DNA of 64,000 nucleotides from Perkinsus olseni (Eukaryota): NCBI GenBank assembly GCA_013115125.1, contig JABANN010000072.1, positions 1 to 64,000 of the forward strand, read 5' to 3'. Shown piece by piece: positions 13,201 to 25,484 of this stretch (position 1 is its first letter; each line of letters starts with the position of its first letter). The notes under the pieces were generated by a model. It saw only the letters and a program-made list of their open reading frames with translations, ran no database searches and was not told where the DNA came from. The position numbers and the translations under genes were made by a program.

Positions 13201-16200
13201 AAGGCCACTGGGTTAGTCATGCTCCTGAACATGCGAAGAGGAAATTTGTGAGATAGAAATGACACTAGCGGGATTCGAACCTGCGTTGAAGTCAGGGTCT
13301 CCACCCTTGGAAGCGCTCTCTTGGTTTTTCCTTCAGTCTGATGCTACTAACGTGTGGACATTCGACGCTCACCAGAAAGGCAGCACCCCGACCTACGACA
13401 AGAGGGCGCAGCTCTTCACTTTAGCTCAACCCTCAACGACAGCCGCTTTAGCGCCGGTAGCCAACCCGAGTGACTTCAGTGCCAACGTGGCCGTCCTCGG
13501 GAAGCTCTCGGAGGAAGTCATCATACCCACCAACTTTGCCGCGGGGGCATGGAACGAACTGCAGATATTCTTCAAAACGGAGCAGGAGTGTGGTACGGCT
13601 GAGGACGGCGCCGCGCAAGTTTGGGTTGAGGCGCCCGCTGGCTTTGACTTCACCAACTACTGTGCCTTGTTGACGCTAGACGATAACTACTTCGTCCCAG
13701 AGCCGGCCATCCCCACACGAAGGCTTCCTGTTGGCGCTAATATCGAATGCCGGGGCGCCGCCACTGCAGCGCTAGGAGGGACGAATACCGTTTATAACAG
13801 CGCCCGTGTGACCACGACAAGCCGCATACTCGGCGGGCAGTTCTACGCCTTCAGTTTGCAAGTGCAGAACGCGGCCGGCTATGAGCACAACGCTGAGTGG
13901 ACCATCACTACTTACACCAAATCCAGTTCACCTTGCGACCGAAGCTTCTATAATGTGAGAATGAATCCGAAGGACCCAGAGGACGGCAGCAGCTTGCCAT
14001 GGGCTGTGTACCAACGGGGAATGTCTGCTACGAATTTTGGGGTCGCCTTGGCTGACTTGCGGCCTGCGGTGTTGGAGACGGACCTAGCCACTGATATCAC
14101 CATTTTCCCGATCATCGTGCAGCGGGACACGAAGAAGAACTTCAGAATTGTGGCACCGGGAGGCTACAAATGGGAGTTCACTGCAGAGCAGTTCAAGTGA
14201 GGCTTCACAACGAACGAATGCGAGGGAATATGAATCGCTTCGCTCCGCTCAGATATAGGTCGCGTCAAGTTGGCCTGGCGGAGTCAGAGGTGGTTGAAGG
14301 GACGGATGCTGATCTTCCGTTGACGACGATTCCCAGTCGGCCGATCGTGGAGCCTTTCAACGAGCTCATCGTCGCCTACCTGAGCAGCGATCTCATAGCT
14401 GGCAGCCAGTACGGCATAAAGACCAAAATAAGGGTTCCTCGGAACACTCCGACCGCGAGCTCGAACGTCTTCATTCTCGAGTTCGGCTTCGATGAGACGA
14501 CTCTAACAGATCGTTCGGAGGTGAGGTGATGGACAATTTTGTGGCGCGTGACGGTTTCCTTGGGCAGGCTGGAGTGGCGGATGCTCCGCCAGTGCAAGCA
14601 CTTATCAACGGAGAAGTTACTTATCGAACCAGTGTTGCTGGAGCAGCAGACAATGAGCTGTGCTTCCGTATTCAGACCATCACCCCAATTGTTCGGTAAG
14701 TTTTTCAGTGGTCTCGTGGCCTAATGGATAAGGCGTTGGTCTTCGGAACCAATGATTGTGGGTTCGAGTCCCACCGAGGTCGTTTCTCCGTTTTCAGAGG
14801 CGGAGGATTGGTCATTGAAGGACCGACAGGTTTCATCTTTGAGCGAGACTGCGCGACCCTCACATCGCCAGGCTTCATGGCCTTGCCAACCGACAGCTAC
14901 TGTCGATACGAAGTGGACGAGACCGCCCAAGACACCCCGGTGGTCACCATCACCGCGGGCGTTAGTGGCATTGGCGCCGACATGTACAAATTCTGTCTCG
15001 CCGTCCAGAATCCGAGCACAGTGAGCGATGTTGTTGGTACCTGGACGTTCCACAGCTACGAGGTTATCAGCGAGAAGACCTACTTGGACTATTCAACAGA
15101 GGTGGGCGTCAGCGTTATGAACTGCTCGAAATGCCTCGCGATGTTGTCGTACTGATGATGTCTAGGGTCTCCCCAAGTCACGCAGAGCCGTATCATGGTA
15201 GACACAGTGAGGCTTCCATTTGGTTGATGATCAGGTGCCAGGGTTCCTGGTGAAGACTCCGATGCACGCATATCAGTTGGTAGAGCAGCGTCGACGGGAA
15301 GCCTGCGGCGTGGGCTCGGTGTCGACCAACTGCTCCCTAGAGGACTTCAGCTACTGGCTTACAGGAAGGAATGATCGCCCTGGTCAGTAGGATGCCGAGT
15401 CTCTTTGGTAGAGTAGCTCCCCAGGGCCCGCCGGTGTAACGGTGTTGAGGTCGGGGCGAGCGGGCCGTCATAATGGAGCATACGTTGCACCGTGCCGTGC
15501 CTCATTGTCTCCCTGCCTCTGTGATTCAGCCGTATGGCGTGTCTTGGCTGTGGCATCATCATCATCCGATCCGTTCAGGCATCCGTAATCAGCTTATATT
15601 CTCGTTTGCGCTGACGGAAGACAGTGTTGATGGAGAGCTGGTGGTCACGGCTCCGACAGGCTTCGAGTTTGATTATGAATGCGAAGTCGTCACTGATTCC
15701 TCCCGAGTAAGTTGATCTGTATTTCTCGCGCGCCACGAAATTGATAAGTGAGTATTATGTGGACTTAGAATTCTTAGTAACGAATTATCGCCAATTGATA
15801 GTGTGTGGCAGCATAGAGCACATACTAGCTGAGCATCACTATCCGAGGAGAATGACCGGCGTCGGTCACAACAAGCTAGCCATATCATTGAGGTTCATCG
15901 CGTGATTGTATTTACGATGCCAGGTTTTCGATGCCACGAAGTCGACAGAAGACAGAACTCTACCAGCTGGGTATACCCAGTCCTACGAGCCCTGGCCGGA
16001 TCCGCCATTCGGGGAGATTACGCGCTGTACTGGCGAAGGCAACGTAGCCCGCATGGTCATCAACCAGGGCCTCACGGCTGAGAAGAACTACGTCTTCCGT
16101 CTTGCAATCTTGCGAAACCCTAACGAGACCCCACAGTGGAACAAGTGGCTGATCGAGTTTGCCAGCGAGGCTTCAGAGCCCATCGACGGCTTCCCCGTTT

Positions 16201-19200
16201 GGGCCTTCTTCTACGGGAAGATCACTGCGAGTGACACGAGCACCAGCTCGGGCGGTTTTCCGACTAGAAACCTTGTCACCATCAATCTCGGTATCACAAA
16301 CACTGTCCCGGCGGGAGGCCTCATCAATGTAAGCCCCGGTCGGAATCCTTGAATGGTGTGTCAGAATTGGATACGGTGAGCCTGGTATGGTTTCAGATCC
16401 TGGCGCCGGCGGGGTTCTTGATAGACTCGGAGTGTGACGCTACCGTAGTCGAGAGAGATGCTGGTACACCGATCGAAGTGCTTTGCCAAGGAGCGGCTAG
16501 ACCGTCTAATGAATGCCAACTATTGGTCAGTCAACTGCCGCTACTAATAGTCCTACTATCATTAGCACTAGTAGTGCACATAGTAGTGCACCACCGCTAC
16601 TACTAACAACCCGAACTAATAGTAGCCTACTCGACCTGAGTATGACGCAGCGTCACTGAGGCCTTCATGCCTCGCGTTCGGCGTTCTCAAGGTGGTTCGT
16701 GAACTCTTTCGATATCGATTGTAATTCTCTTCGTCGGCGAGCAGTCCTCCTCGCCAATCGTTCTGCTGAAAAAACGAAACAGGGCCCGTGATTTTTGGAA
16801 GTCGTTTTGACCCAATAACGCCGTGGTAGCGAACAGCGCATGGCCGCATCGTCACTCGGCGAATGATATGATATCCGCGCCGAACTTCAACCATATGCTC
16901 GTCTCTCTCTCTCAGGTTCTATCCGGCCAAGAGCTGACCAGCGATGTCATCTATCAGATCACGTTGATGGTGACTAACCCCAGCTCGGTGTCACCAGTGA
17001 AGTATTGGACGTTCCAGTCCTTCGATACCGAAGCTATCACATCCACACTGGACTACGCACAGTTCCCAGGTCAGCGTCGGAAGTTTGAAAAACTTTTCTG
17101 TGGTTCTCTCGGCGGCGGCTTTGTTAGGGGGCATCTTATGTGTGCCCCATTAGAGCTCGCCCCATGTCTCACCGTAGACTGTGCCATAAAAGGGGTAGTT
17201 GTGCTCACGCGTGCACTTGCTATTTTCATCCACCATTCGCCGTCGTACTGGACGGGCTGGGAGCATACCCGAACACACTAGTGTACCTACAGTGCTCCAT
17301 TCTGAACTTATAGTCCAGCGTCTTCCAATGATCACCGGATGATCGTTCTTCGCCCATCAAGACGCTGGACCGTCAAATTGGAGTGGCCGGTATCTCGGTG
17401 CTGCGTCACTGCGCCAGGAAATTCTCTCGCCTAGGGTTGGAGACTCCAACTTGGAGTCCTCTCCTCTCAGGTTTTGGAGTGAACCTCCTCACCACTACCT
17501 TCTCGATGCTCTCTGCATCCTCACAGAACGGCCTGACTGATGTCCGCTTCGAATTCCTCATTGCTTTCCCCGACAGAGTCGTTGCCGGCGACGAGATAGT
17601 CCTTCTGGCGCCCCAAGGCTTCGAACTCAACAAAATAGGTCAGCGGCTCATCGAAAGGCCGCGCTCGGTTCAACATCATCTCGGCTCAGGCAAACAAACG
17701 TGCACCGACTACGCCTTGATACCACACGTTTCGGTACCTCCGGTCGCGCTGGAGCGAAGTCCTCCCATTTGCTCGGCTAACATGATGTCGTGGAGCATTC
17801 AGGATGGGACCTTGCCTCATTCGGTAGGGACGCTCGGTTGCAACCTTCTCCGCCACAGTCGCATCATCGCTATTGATGGAATCGTAGTTGCCATTTCTCG
17901 GCAAAGTCACTCGTGCTATGAATGTGAAGATTCTATAGACAATTCTCATGGCTTCATGCAACCTCAGCTATACCCGTGAGTTCGGTATAGTGACGTCTCT
18001 GCCACAAGGGCGCCATAGAGAAGTAAAGGCCACCTGGCAAGGCCCACAAACGTCACTCCCCTGTTGCTATTTGAGCCTAGCTCGTACGAAGCGTCGGCTG
18101 AAGTTCACGACGGCATTCGGTCGTACTGTGGAAGGACGGACTCGATTGATGCAGCTGGTGATGAAAATCGCCTGGCGTGATGCCGTTAAAGAGTAAAATT
18201 AGAAAACCTTTCGGAGTGATTTCTCGCATTTTTCCGCCGTAGACACCGAATGGAATAGTTCAGATCGGGCTCGCATCTTTCCAACTGCGTCTCCCTTGTG
18301 CTTGTGGATATCGTTGGTAGTGGCGGCTCGGTTTGTCAGACCTACATTCGCTTCACGGTAGCGTCGATGAACCCGGCGAGCACTCCTGAAGATAATACGT
18401 ACCAAGTGAAGCATTTGAAATCGGGTGGGAGAGATGTTCATGCCAGTGCTGTACTGGACGGGTGAGATGGGGCGGCAGAATTGAAGGGCTGGATACTCGA
18501 GTGGTTAGTGGGGCGAGTTGACTACTAACCCTGCGAAACCTGCGGGAGTTCGATTCTTATCGAAGGTATTTCGTGCAATATTAGGTACATCATAGTACCT
18601 CAGTTGAAGGAGGTTAGCATCTCCCTGATGGAGCCCTTAGTCAGAGCAACGAGCGGCTACTGTAGGGTGTGCTCAATTTCGTGGCGCAGTGACGATTAGT
18701 ACTCAGGCATCGTAAAGATCGAGCTCACCCCGGTGACCCAAGCTAACCTAGTGGTCATCCAAGGCCGCATCGCCGGCCGGGCCGACTCTTACTTCGGCAT
18801 GAGCACCGTGGCTCTGCGGACCCCTCCCGAGATCCAAGCCACGGACGAGATACTCAAACGAGGCCTTTGGGATGTCACCATTTCCACCGCCTTGAGGAGC
18901 GAAGTCGAATTCTCATACGTCCTCGAAAACGTGCAGAATCCGGCAGAGGTCGGCCTGTCTTCCTGGGACATCACCACCTATCTTGGCACTGTCGAGAGTG
19001 AATCCAAGAAAGATGCCAAGTTGGGTGCCGAGGGCTTCGAGATTCTTGGCAGCATCCGTGTTCACTCGGATAGCAGGATTGACCCGAGGGTCTATGGCGC
19101 GAAGGACTCCGTCATCTATTTCGCCTTACGAAGTGAGTAGAGAGGGCACTCCTCATCTCTGGGGCAACAGGGCGGCTCGGGGTGGGCCGAGAGTCCGGGA

Positions 19201-22200
19201 TAATGCGGTATCATGAATAGCGAAGAGTAGCGGGAAGGTTAATGCTAGGGCTAATCGTATTGCACGCCGAGGGTGTGCTAGATATGTCGAGCTGCCTCTC
19301 TGACTGACAACGGGGTGGTGGAATCAGATGAATTGAAGGGGTTTGGAAACTTCGCAGCGGCACGCGCCTGGCTGACCGATTCTTGTGATTGTGATTCGTG
19401 GATCGACGTGCTTCTCACAGATTCTGATCTGATCCGAGCTGGATCGGTCCTGGAGCTGCACGCCCCTCCCGGGTATGTATTGAAGAATGAGACTTTTGTG
19501 AGGTTGAGCGGCATCGTAGAGGAGGAAGGACAGCACGGTTTGGACTCGGTAAGTTTGACCCTCACTGTTTTGATATTGTTACGTATAAATATATTGTGAT
19601 AAATATTGATAATCTTGGTATTCTATAGGGTTAATTGAGAATCTTAATCGATCAAATATCTGATACCTAATTAATAATCCTTAGAAGGATGTCATGTTCT
19701 CATTGTATGCCTTGTGCCGCCGCAATGATGACTTCAAGGCTGTTAGCATCTCCTAAGGACTTTCGTACCGGTTCAAACCGTGCGTCCGTCACATATCTTA
19801 ATTTAATATATATAAATATAATTATTTGTCATCATTACTTATATAATATGGGCTCGCTAACGCTATCCTCATTCAAGGGGATATCATTCTACGGAGTTTT
19901 TCTGTCTCTTCTGTCCGCCACGTAGCCCCTGGTCGCATAACGAATGCTGTCGTGTCAGGCCCCCACCAGCACTTCTCAATACGTTTACAAGATTCTCCTA
20001 TCAGCAGATATAACTGAGGACAACGAATTCGCCTTTACTATCACGGCCGATCTTCCCGAAACCCACCACAGTAACAACCCCAGACCGTGTCCTCGATGGC
20101 GATGCATGTATCAGGTGAATCGAGATGGCTGGTTCAAGCCATGTATGATGAGGTTGTGGTGGCGACCAACGACTTGGGCTTTCCCGGTTTCGCTCTGGTC
20201 GGGACGCTGCCCTTCTCGGTCGTGCCGGAGCTGCAAACACCGGGGGCGGAGATAATCCTCAGGGTAGGCTGTACTTTCTTATTTTCCTCTTCTTGGATTT
20301 ACACATTATTTTTATTCTCTTGATATATTCGTCCAGTCCGGTCGAACAAGAGTTGGTGCATGTGACGTGCGTGCACATGTGTCAAACCTCACGAACTCGC
20401 GTGTCTCTCTCGTGCGACACCGTCTAATAGACGGCGTCTATACCATCTATCGCCATAGATTTACAATAGCCGCATACCTCGCGTCTTCCGCGGTCGCTCT
20501 CTGTGAAGGCTCATCATCACACCATTGAAATATCATAAGCTGGGGTGCAGAATCGCGTCGGTTCCGTATGCATTCCTTGGCGAGCCCAAACATGTCCAAA
20601 ATATGTATGTAACGATAGAGCTTAGGTTACCGACAGATGAGTCGTTCCAATGGGGCCAAGTGGACGCTCTCTCTCCGTGGGATACTAGGTTCAACCTCAG
20701 ATATCTTTCTCCCTGGCCGCGATGCTGCGTGGCGAGACCTACGTATCGCTGGAGATAACAGCTCCCCTCGGGTTCAAATTCTCCTCGGGGAGTTCTTGTC
20801 TGAAGAGCTCCTCCACCGAGGGCAGCGGGTCGGTGTTCGGCGGATGTATCGGCAATAATAACGTGGCTACGCTCAGTACCACTAGGGATATCCTTGAAGC
20901 GGGTGGGTATTTTCGTGGCGCGCGAAATCTTATAACTTTACCGCGGTATCGGGATTCGTCATTCGAGAGCTTCTCCTCTGAGAATCGCTGAATTGTGGAC
21001 CTTCCTAACCTCCGCGGACGATCGAGGTTGTTGTTACGGCCATAGGAGGTGCTGTCAAAGGAGTCGTCGGGGTATTCGAACTTGATCACTCATATCTGTT
21101 ACAGTCGCAGTTGTAGCATAAAAGGTCGCAGAGTTATTGCATTCTCGATTTGGTTCGCATGCTCCAAATGAGGACCATCTTGCACCTGGCTTCCCAGCTG
21201 GGGTGTACAGCTAATCTCATTTCCACTCTCAGTGGATCATATTGAGTCAATATTCCTCCATGCACGTCCTCAAAAACGCAGCCCTCGCACGAGCTCCTTG
21301 CTGACGCAACCATACTAACGTCGGGCTGTGTTTTCAGGTCAAACGGTTATCGAGATGGTGTGCGTAAATCCGGATGTGACCCCGGCGAACAACTTCTGGC
21401 GACTTGCCCTTTTCCTAGACAGCGACAGCTCCCTCTACCGGAATATTCAAACCGAAGAAGGTTATGAAATAAACGCTATGGAAGCAGAGTAGGACCGCGG
21501 ATATTTCGCGCGCCACGAAATTGCCTCGATTCCGGCAGGTTCCGAGGCAATAACCGTCTTGGCGTGAGCGCTCCAGGATTCTTCACATTCGTCCCGTCTA
21601 AAGAGATCATCGGTCCCATCCAAGTGGACATAGTAAGCTTCCGAGCTGGCTGCTGCTGCCGGCCAGTCTCGGGGCTTTGCCTCGAAGAGACTGTCGTCGT
21701 TACAGATTAGTGTGATGAGCTCCCAAGTTCATGTCGCTAGGGGTTATCCTATTGCAGACACCTCCCCTGGACAGCGGCTATGCTCTCACGTGCACTCCTT
21801 CATATCGCGTCGGCCTGGCTGAGCCGCCGGAGTGCAGCGATCAGGCCAGCTTGTTGGAATCGGTCATCACGCTTTTCTTCTCAAACGTGTTTATCGAGCA
21901 GGAAGTGTAAGAGAGGTGTCACCCGAGTTCGATCCCCAGTGATGTCATTTCTACAGAGGCTTCACCTTCGCAGTCGAGGTAGTCAACCCGGGCGCTCCTC
22001 CCATTCCTGATCCCGACAGTGGGTCCAGCGGAAATGCCTTCGGACTCGTAGTTCGAGACAGAGAAGGCAACACGATCGATGCCAACATGATCATACCGGG
22101 AATGGTGAGACACGATGGAACCTCTTCTTTGAACCATGGCGGTCCGTTTCCGAGCCGCTGTTGGTGTCGGCTGAGAATTCAGGCTTTGTATCGTCTTCTG

Positions 22201-23000
22201 TTTAGGAGCTCCTCAACGTTCCACTGGTTGGTTTTGCCTTGGCGTGGGATGCAGTGGAGGCCCAGAGCATCTCGAGGCTACAAGTGGTCCTGAAGATCAC
22301 TCGAGACATGCAGCCCGGAGAAGTGACCGAAATACAAGTGAGAATGGCACAAGCGCATCGCTACTATTATGGCGCTTGCTACACTGCGGTTATCATTGTC
22401 TATCAGATTGAGGCCCCCCAAGACGTCGGCTTCACCGCCCCCTCCAACGTCATTCTGTCCGAAAATCTTCCCGCCTCGGATGTGGCACCGGTAACTGGGA
22501 GCTCGTCCTGAGTTGCGATTGATGTGGTATTGTTTCATCAGGTATCAGTAGCTGGGAATCGTCTGATAATTCGTCTCAATAGGGAATCGGAAACCCAGAC
22601 TCTGGTGGGGATAACGGAAATGAACGGCCTTCGCGAGGGAACGGTGAGGTCTTTCTTTGTTTCGTCCGTCTCATCATGGGGCTCAGGTGCTCATAAGTTT
22701 TGCTGTTAAGAATCCTTCGCAGCTGCCGAACGCCAACTACTGGATTTTAAAAATCTTCGGTGAAGATCGCAATTTGGTATTTCAACATGTTTTCGAAGGG
22801 TAAACGTTGTGTAGAATTCTCCGTTCCCGGAGTATTTCACCCATTTTAGGTATCAGTATGGCCAAGAATCTCCGGTGCCCTATGCGTCTACTGGCCCTTC
22901 AGGGCCGACTGCGGGGGCTTACTCAGTAATTCATGGCTGTTTGATAAGTAGTCTTAGTCGCAATTTAATGCTGTTATTCATGATAATCATCGCTCACTGA
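4300..23000 (+). CDS. Giant multi-exon secreted/surface protein with Cys-containing and repeated beta-rich modules; putative C-terminal GPI-anchor signal
   Basis: N-terminal signal-like MKLITSDTRRHLVVWLLSLGLLAAE, then dozens of in-frame exons flanked by GT/AG (e.g. 5688-5833, 6041-6190, 6495-6689, 6973-7564, 8198-8489, 13337-14196). Recurrent motifs Y-x-VC-[YW]-C, xAPxG[FY]xF and VxNP. The last exon reads ...GPSGPTAGAYSVIHGCLISSLSRNLMLLFMIIIAH* (TGA 22998-23000). Confidence 0.75.
6704..6952. repeat. Four dispersed copies of the GTCACGCGCCACGAAATT-type motif in one intron (6690-6972)
   Basis: Copies at ~6708, ~6779, ~6850 and ~6935, spaced 70-90 nt apart, with unrelated sequence between them. 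Confidence 0.75.
8497..8527 (+). pseudogene. tRNA 3'-half fragment filling a 45-nt intron (8490-8534)
   Basis: GAGGTG-GCGGG-TTCGAAT-CCCGC-AATTGTC-A followed directly by TTTTCAG. Flanking exons join in frame (TFK|LTIHGW). Confidence 0.75.
11823..11851 (+). pseudogene. tRNA T-arm fragment in intron
   Basis: GGTC-TCGAG-TTCGATC-CTCGA with a paired stem, shortly after donor GTAGGT at ~11793. Confidence 0.55.
13257..13287 (-). pseudogene. tRNA 3'-end fragment, antisense in intron 13194-13336
   Basis: Reverse complement reads CGCAGG-TTCGAAT-CCCGC-TAGTGTC-A-TTT. Confidence 0.7.
14710..14782 (+). tRNA. trnR-TCG: tRNA-Arg(TCG), intronic
   Basis: 73-nt cloverleaf: acceptor GGTCTCG/CGAGGTC, D arm GCCT-AATGGATA-AGGC, anticodon arm TTGGT-CT(TCG)GA-ACCAA, T arm GTGGG-TTCGAGT-CCCAC, discriminator G, TTTT shortly downstream. 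It lies inside intron 14696-14797. Confidence 0.95.
18490..18570 (+). pseudogene. Degenerate tRNA-like sequence in intron 18462-18584
   Basis: A-box-like TACTCGAGTGGTTAG and B-box-like GGGAGTTCGATTCTT at tRNA-like spacing; stems are decayed. Confidence 0.45.
21920..21947 (+). pseudogene. tRNA 3' fragment in 50-nt intron 21907-21956
   Basis: CCCGAG-TTCGATC-CCCAG-TGATGTC-A, then TTTCTACAG acceptor. Exons join as EQEV|GFTF. Confidence 0.55.
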
Positions 23001-23726
23001 GTGGAGCTAATGCAAATGTATCATTGTGATGATGTTGGAGGGATCTTGATTTGCGCTGAACTAGTTAAGTAGCGATTGGTGAAGGGAATGATTTGTCATA
23101 ACTGTCACTGCGGAGTAATGAATCGAGCTTTCTCCACACCCCTCTAAACTCGGAAGTAAACAGAGCTAGCACACTGACAATGTCAGATCGCGCCGGAGCC
23201 TCTACCACAAGCGTGGGTGGGCAGAGTCAAAATTTATTGACCCGGGGCGTGACTGTGACGGGATAGCTATTTGGGTATTGACCACACAGTCATCTTATTT
23301 TAGCTTACCAGCGTCAAGTGATGATACGTCAAGGGAATTCGCACAGTTTTGAAAGCGAGTCGCCTGGGGGCTTGCTGATACATTGCGCACCCGTTGGGTG
23401 CATCCCGAGCTTCCCGCATCTACCGGAGACGGCTAAGGCGGCAATAGCGCCCGCATCGCGCCCAAAGCCTTTGAGGAGGAGGAAGAAGAGGCGGTAAGCG
23501 AGTGCCAGCGTGCCTAGTCATCGCGTCCCCCACTCAACACGAACCCGGTGCCCGAGGCTGACATCAACATGAGAGTGTATCGAATAACATGGAGGGGTAT
23601 ATGACAACAATGCATCGAGTATCAGCTTAGCGGTGCCCAATAATAAGTTTTCAATCAGCCCCAAGCTGGGACCCCAATCCGCGGCGTCGAAGAGGTGGAG
23701 AGAATGAACCGAGCTGCTTGAAGCCC

Positions 23727-25484
23727 TCAAACTACGGGGCCTTTGAGACTGAGCTCGAGAGCTGTGGTAGTTTGCCCATCACTCGTATCCTGCTTATGGA
23801 AACTCAGAGCCCAGCCGATCCGATCAGAATAACAAATGCTGATCTTATCCGGAGCGAACCCATGTTGGCCTAGGAATGATCTGATAGCATGCAACGATAG
23901 TGAACCGCTGTGAGCCGGCAAATCGAAGTCCATACAGTTGTCGGTGGTGGGTGTCGCCTCGCCGGCGAAAATCACTTTCTGCCGGAATACATCCAAGAGC
24001 TCTAACCCTATAATCCGACGACTGGTCGAAGGGTTAGTCCCGACACTCACACCAATACGGACCGTTCCATAAGATGTTTCGTAATCTCCATCCGCTAGAA
24101 TTATCGGCGGAGCAGTGCTGGAATCCGACTTTCCCGTGGTGCTAGGACGGCGACCTCGGTCATGGAGTACTCCGACTGGAGCTGATGAGCCTACACCGCG
24201 AAGCTCATCGTAAAGAGCATGTACTCCAGTTTTGGTGAGCAAGAAGGAATGATCGAAACCATATGTGTAGTGCAAGTCCTTTATGATCCCCATGCCGACC
24301 AGAAGACCTGCTGTGGTGTTGCAGAATACGAGTTGGTCGGCTGGCTTTTTACTGGGAATGTCGTGCCCCAACTGATGGTATAGGGCCTTCACGAACTCAC
24401 CAACATCACTATTCTTGTTTCTTCCAAGTTCCGTTAGATGGAAACAGCGTCTCTTCGAATCGGAAAATGTATAATTCGCAAGGCTCAGCCTGCTCGTAGA
24501 AAACTTGCTATACCACTTCAAGCGACCTTTTCTTCTCATCGGTATCACTTCGTCGTCAGCTTTCGCCCCGACGAGGGCCACTTGTTGTCCACCTTCCTCC
24601 CAAATTTGGATCCCGAAATCGGCAAGGCCTTGAAGGCTTGGGCACACCTCACCTGTGCCCTGCCTCGCCGCCACATACGCCTCGGATGGTAGGTCTTCGT
24701 TAGTTGCTCCAGTGCTGGGCGACACGACAGCCCATCCGCCCGCTTTTCTTAGTCTTTTGAACCCTTTTGGAGTACCGCCATCGGTTGGTCTCTTCCTCTT
24801 CCCACTCTCAGTATCCACAGACGCCGAAGCTACTGCATTGCCAACTTTGTCACTCTGCGCATTTGACTCCTGTCTTTCCAGCAAGAAAGTGTTTTCGAAC
24901 TCGGAGAGACGGGATCCGCTTCGTACCACTCCAATAGCAACTAGAGTGGCTGATGCAGCTCGACAGAACGCGACGTTCGAAGCAGGTTTGCCTCGGATGC
25001 TCTTTCCCATAGCGCTGTAGAGGCGCTGCATGAACTCACCAGCTGTGCTCTTCGCCTGATAGTGCCCAGTTTCCGAAAAATGGAAGCATCGTTTCTCTGT
25101 CATAGCCGGGAGCCCATATCGCCTCAGGTCTAGTTTTCTCACTATATCAGAGCTATACCACACCAAAGGAATTCCTTGGCTCATCGGAACTTGCTCAGTG
25201 CCGATCGTGGCGTTCGCTCTTGCCACTTGTTTTCCGTCGTCTGCCCAGACTTCCATTCCAAAATTGGTGAGTAGCGGGAGAGAGGAGCACACCCCTCCTG
25301 TACCATTCTTCAATGGCCTGTATGTTCCGGATGGCAGCATGTCTGCCAGGACTGCGTCACCTCTCCTTACAGGAGCCCCGCAGCGAGCAACCCCGAACAG
25401 ACACCATGAGACGAAGACAAGCGGTGACATCATCATCATCATCATCATACCGGAATTCTGGTAGTCAACAGAATTGTGAAGCAC
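23727..25484 (-). CDS. Intronless secreted protein with two ~140-aa repeat domains plus a C-terminal domain (lineage-specific family)
   Basis: 585-aa ORF. Poly-Met from a (CAT)n repeat, then hydrophobic SPLVFVSWCLFGVARCG; the true start is probably one of these Mets (~25450). Repeats begin LPSGTY/LPSEAY...VCxSLxxLxxFG...GxQVA. Confidence 0.8.
   Translation of the reverse strand: MLHNSVDYQNSGMMMMMMMSPLVFVSWCLFGVARCGAPVRRGDAVLADMLPSGTYRPLKNGTGGVCSSLPLLTNFGMEVWADDGKQVARANATIGTEQVPMSQGIPLVWYSSDIVRKLDLRRYGLPAMTEKRCFHFSETGHYQAKSTAGEFMQRLYSAMGKSIRGKPASNVAFCRAASATLVAIGVVRSGSRLSEFENTFLLERQESNAQSDKVGNAVASASVDTESGKRKRPTDGGTPKGFKRLRKAGGWAVVSPSTGATNEDLPSEAYVAARQGTGEVCPSLQGLADFGIQIWEEGGQQVALVGAKADDEVIPMRRKGRLKWYSKFSTSRLSLANYTFSDSKRRCFHLTELGRNKNSDVGEFVKALYHQLGHDIPSKKPADQLVFCNTTAGLLVGMGIIKDLHYTYGFDHSFLLTKTGVHALYDELRGVGSSAPVGVLHDRGRRPSTTGKSDSSTAPPIILADGDYETSYGTVRIGVSVGTNPSTSRRIIGLELLDVFRQKVIFAGEATPTTDNCMDFDLPAHSGSLSLHAIRSFLGQHGFAPDKISICYSDRIGWALSFHKQDTSDGQTTTALELSLKGPVV

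Noticed and set aside
15268-15340. D-arm-like TCAGTTGGTAGAGCA in an intron
   Set aside because: Possibly another tRNA relic, but there is no intact T-loop or stems, so it was not counted.
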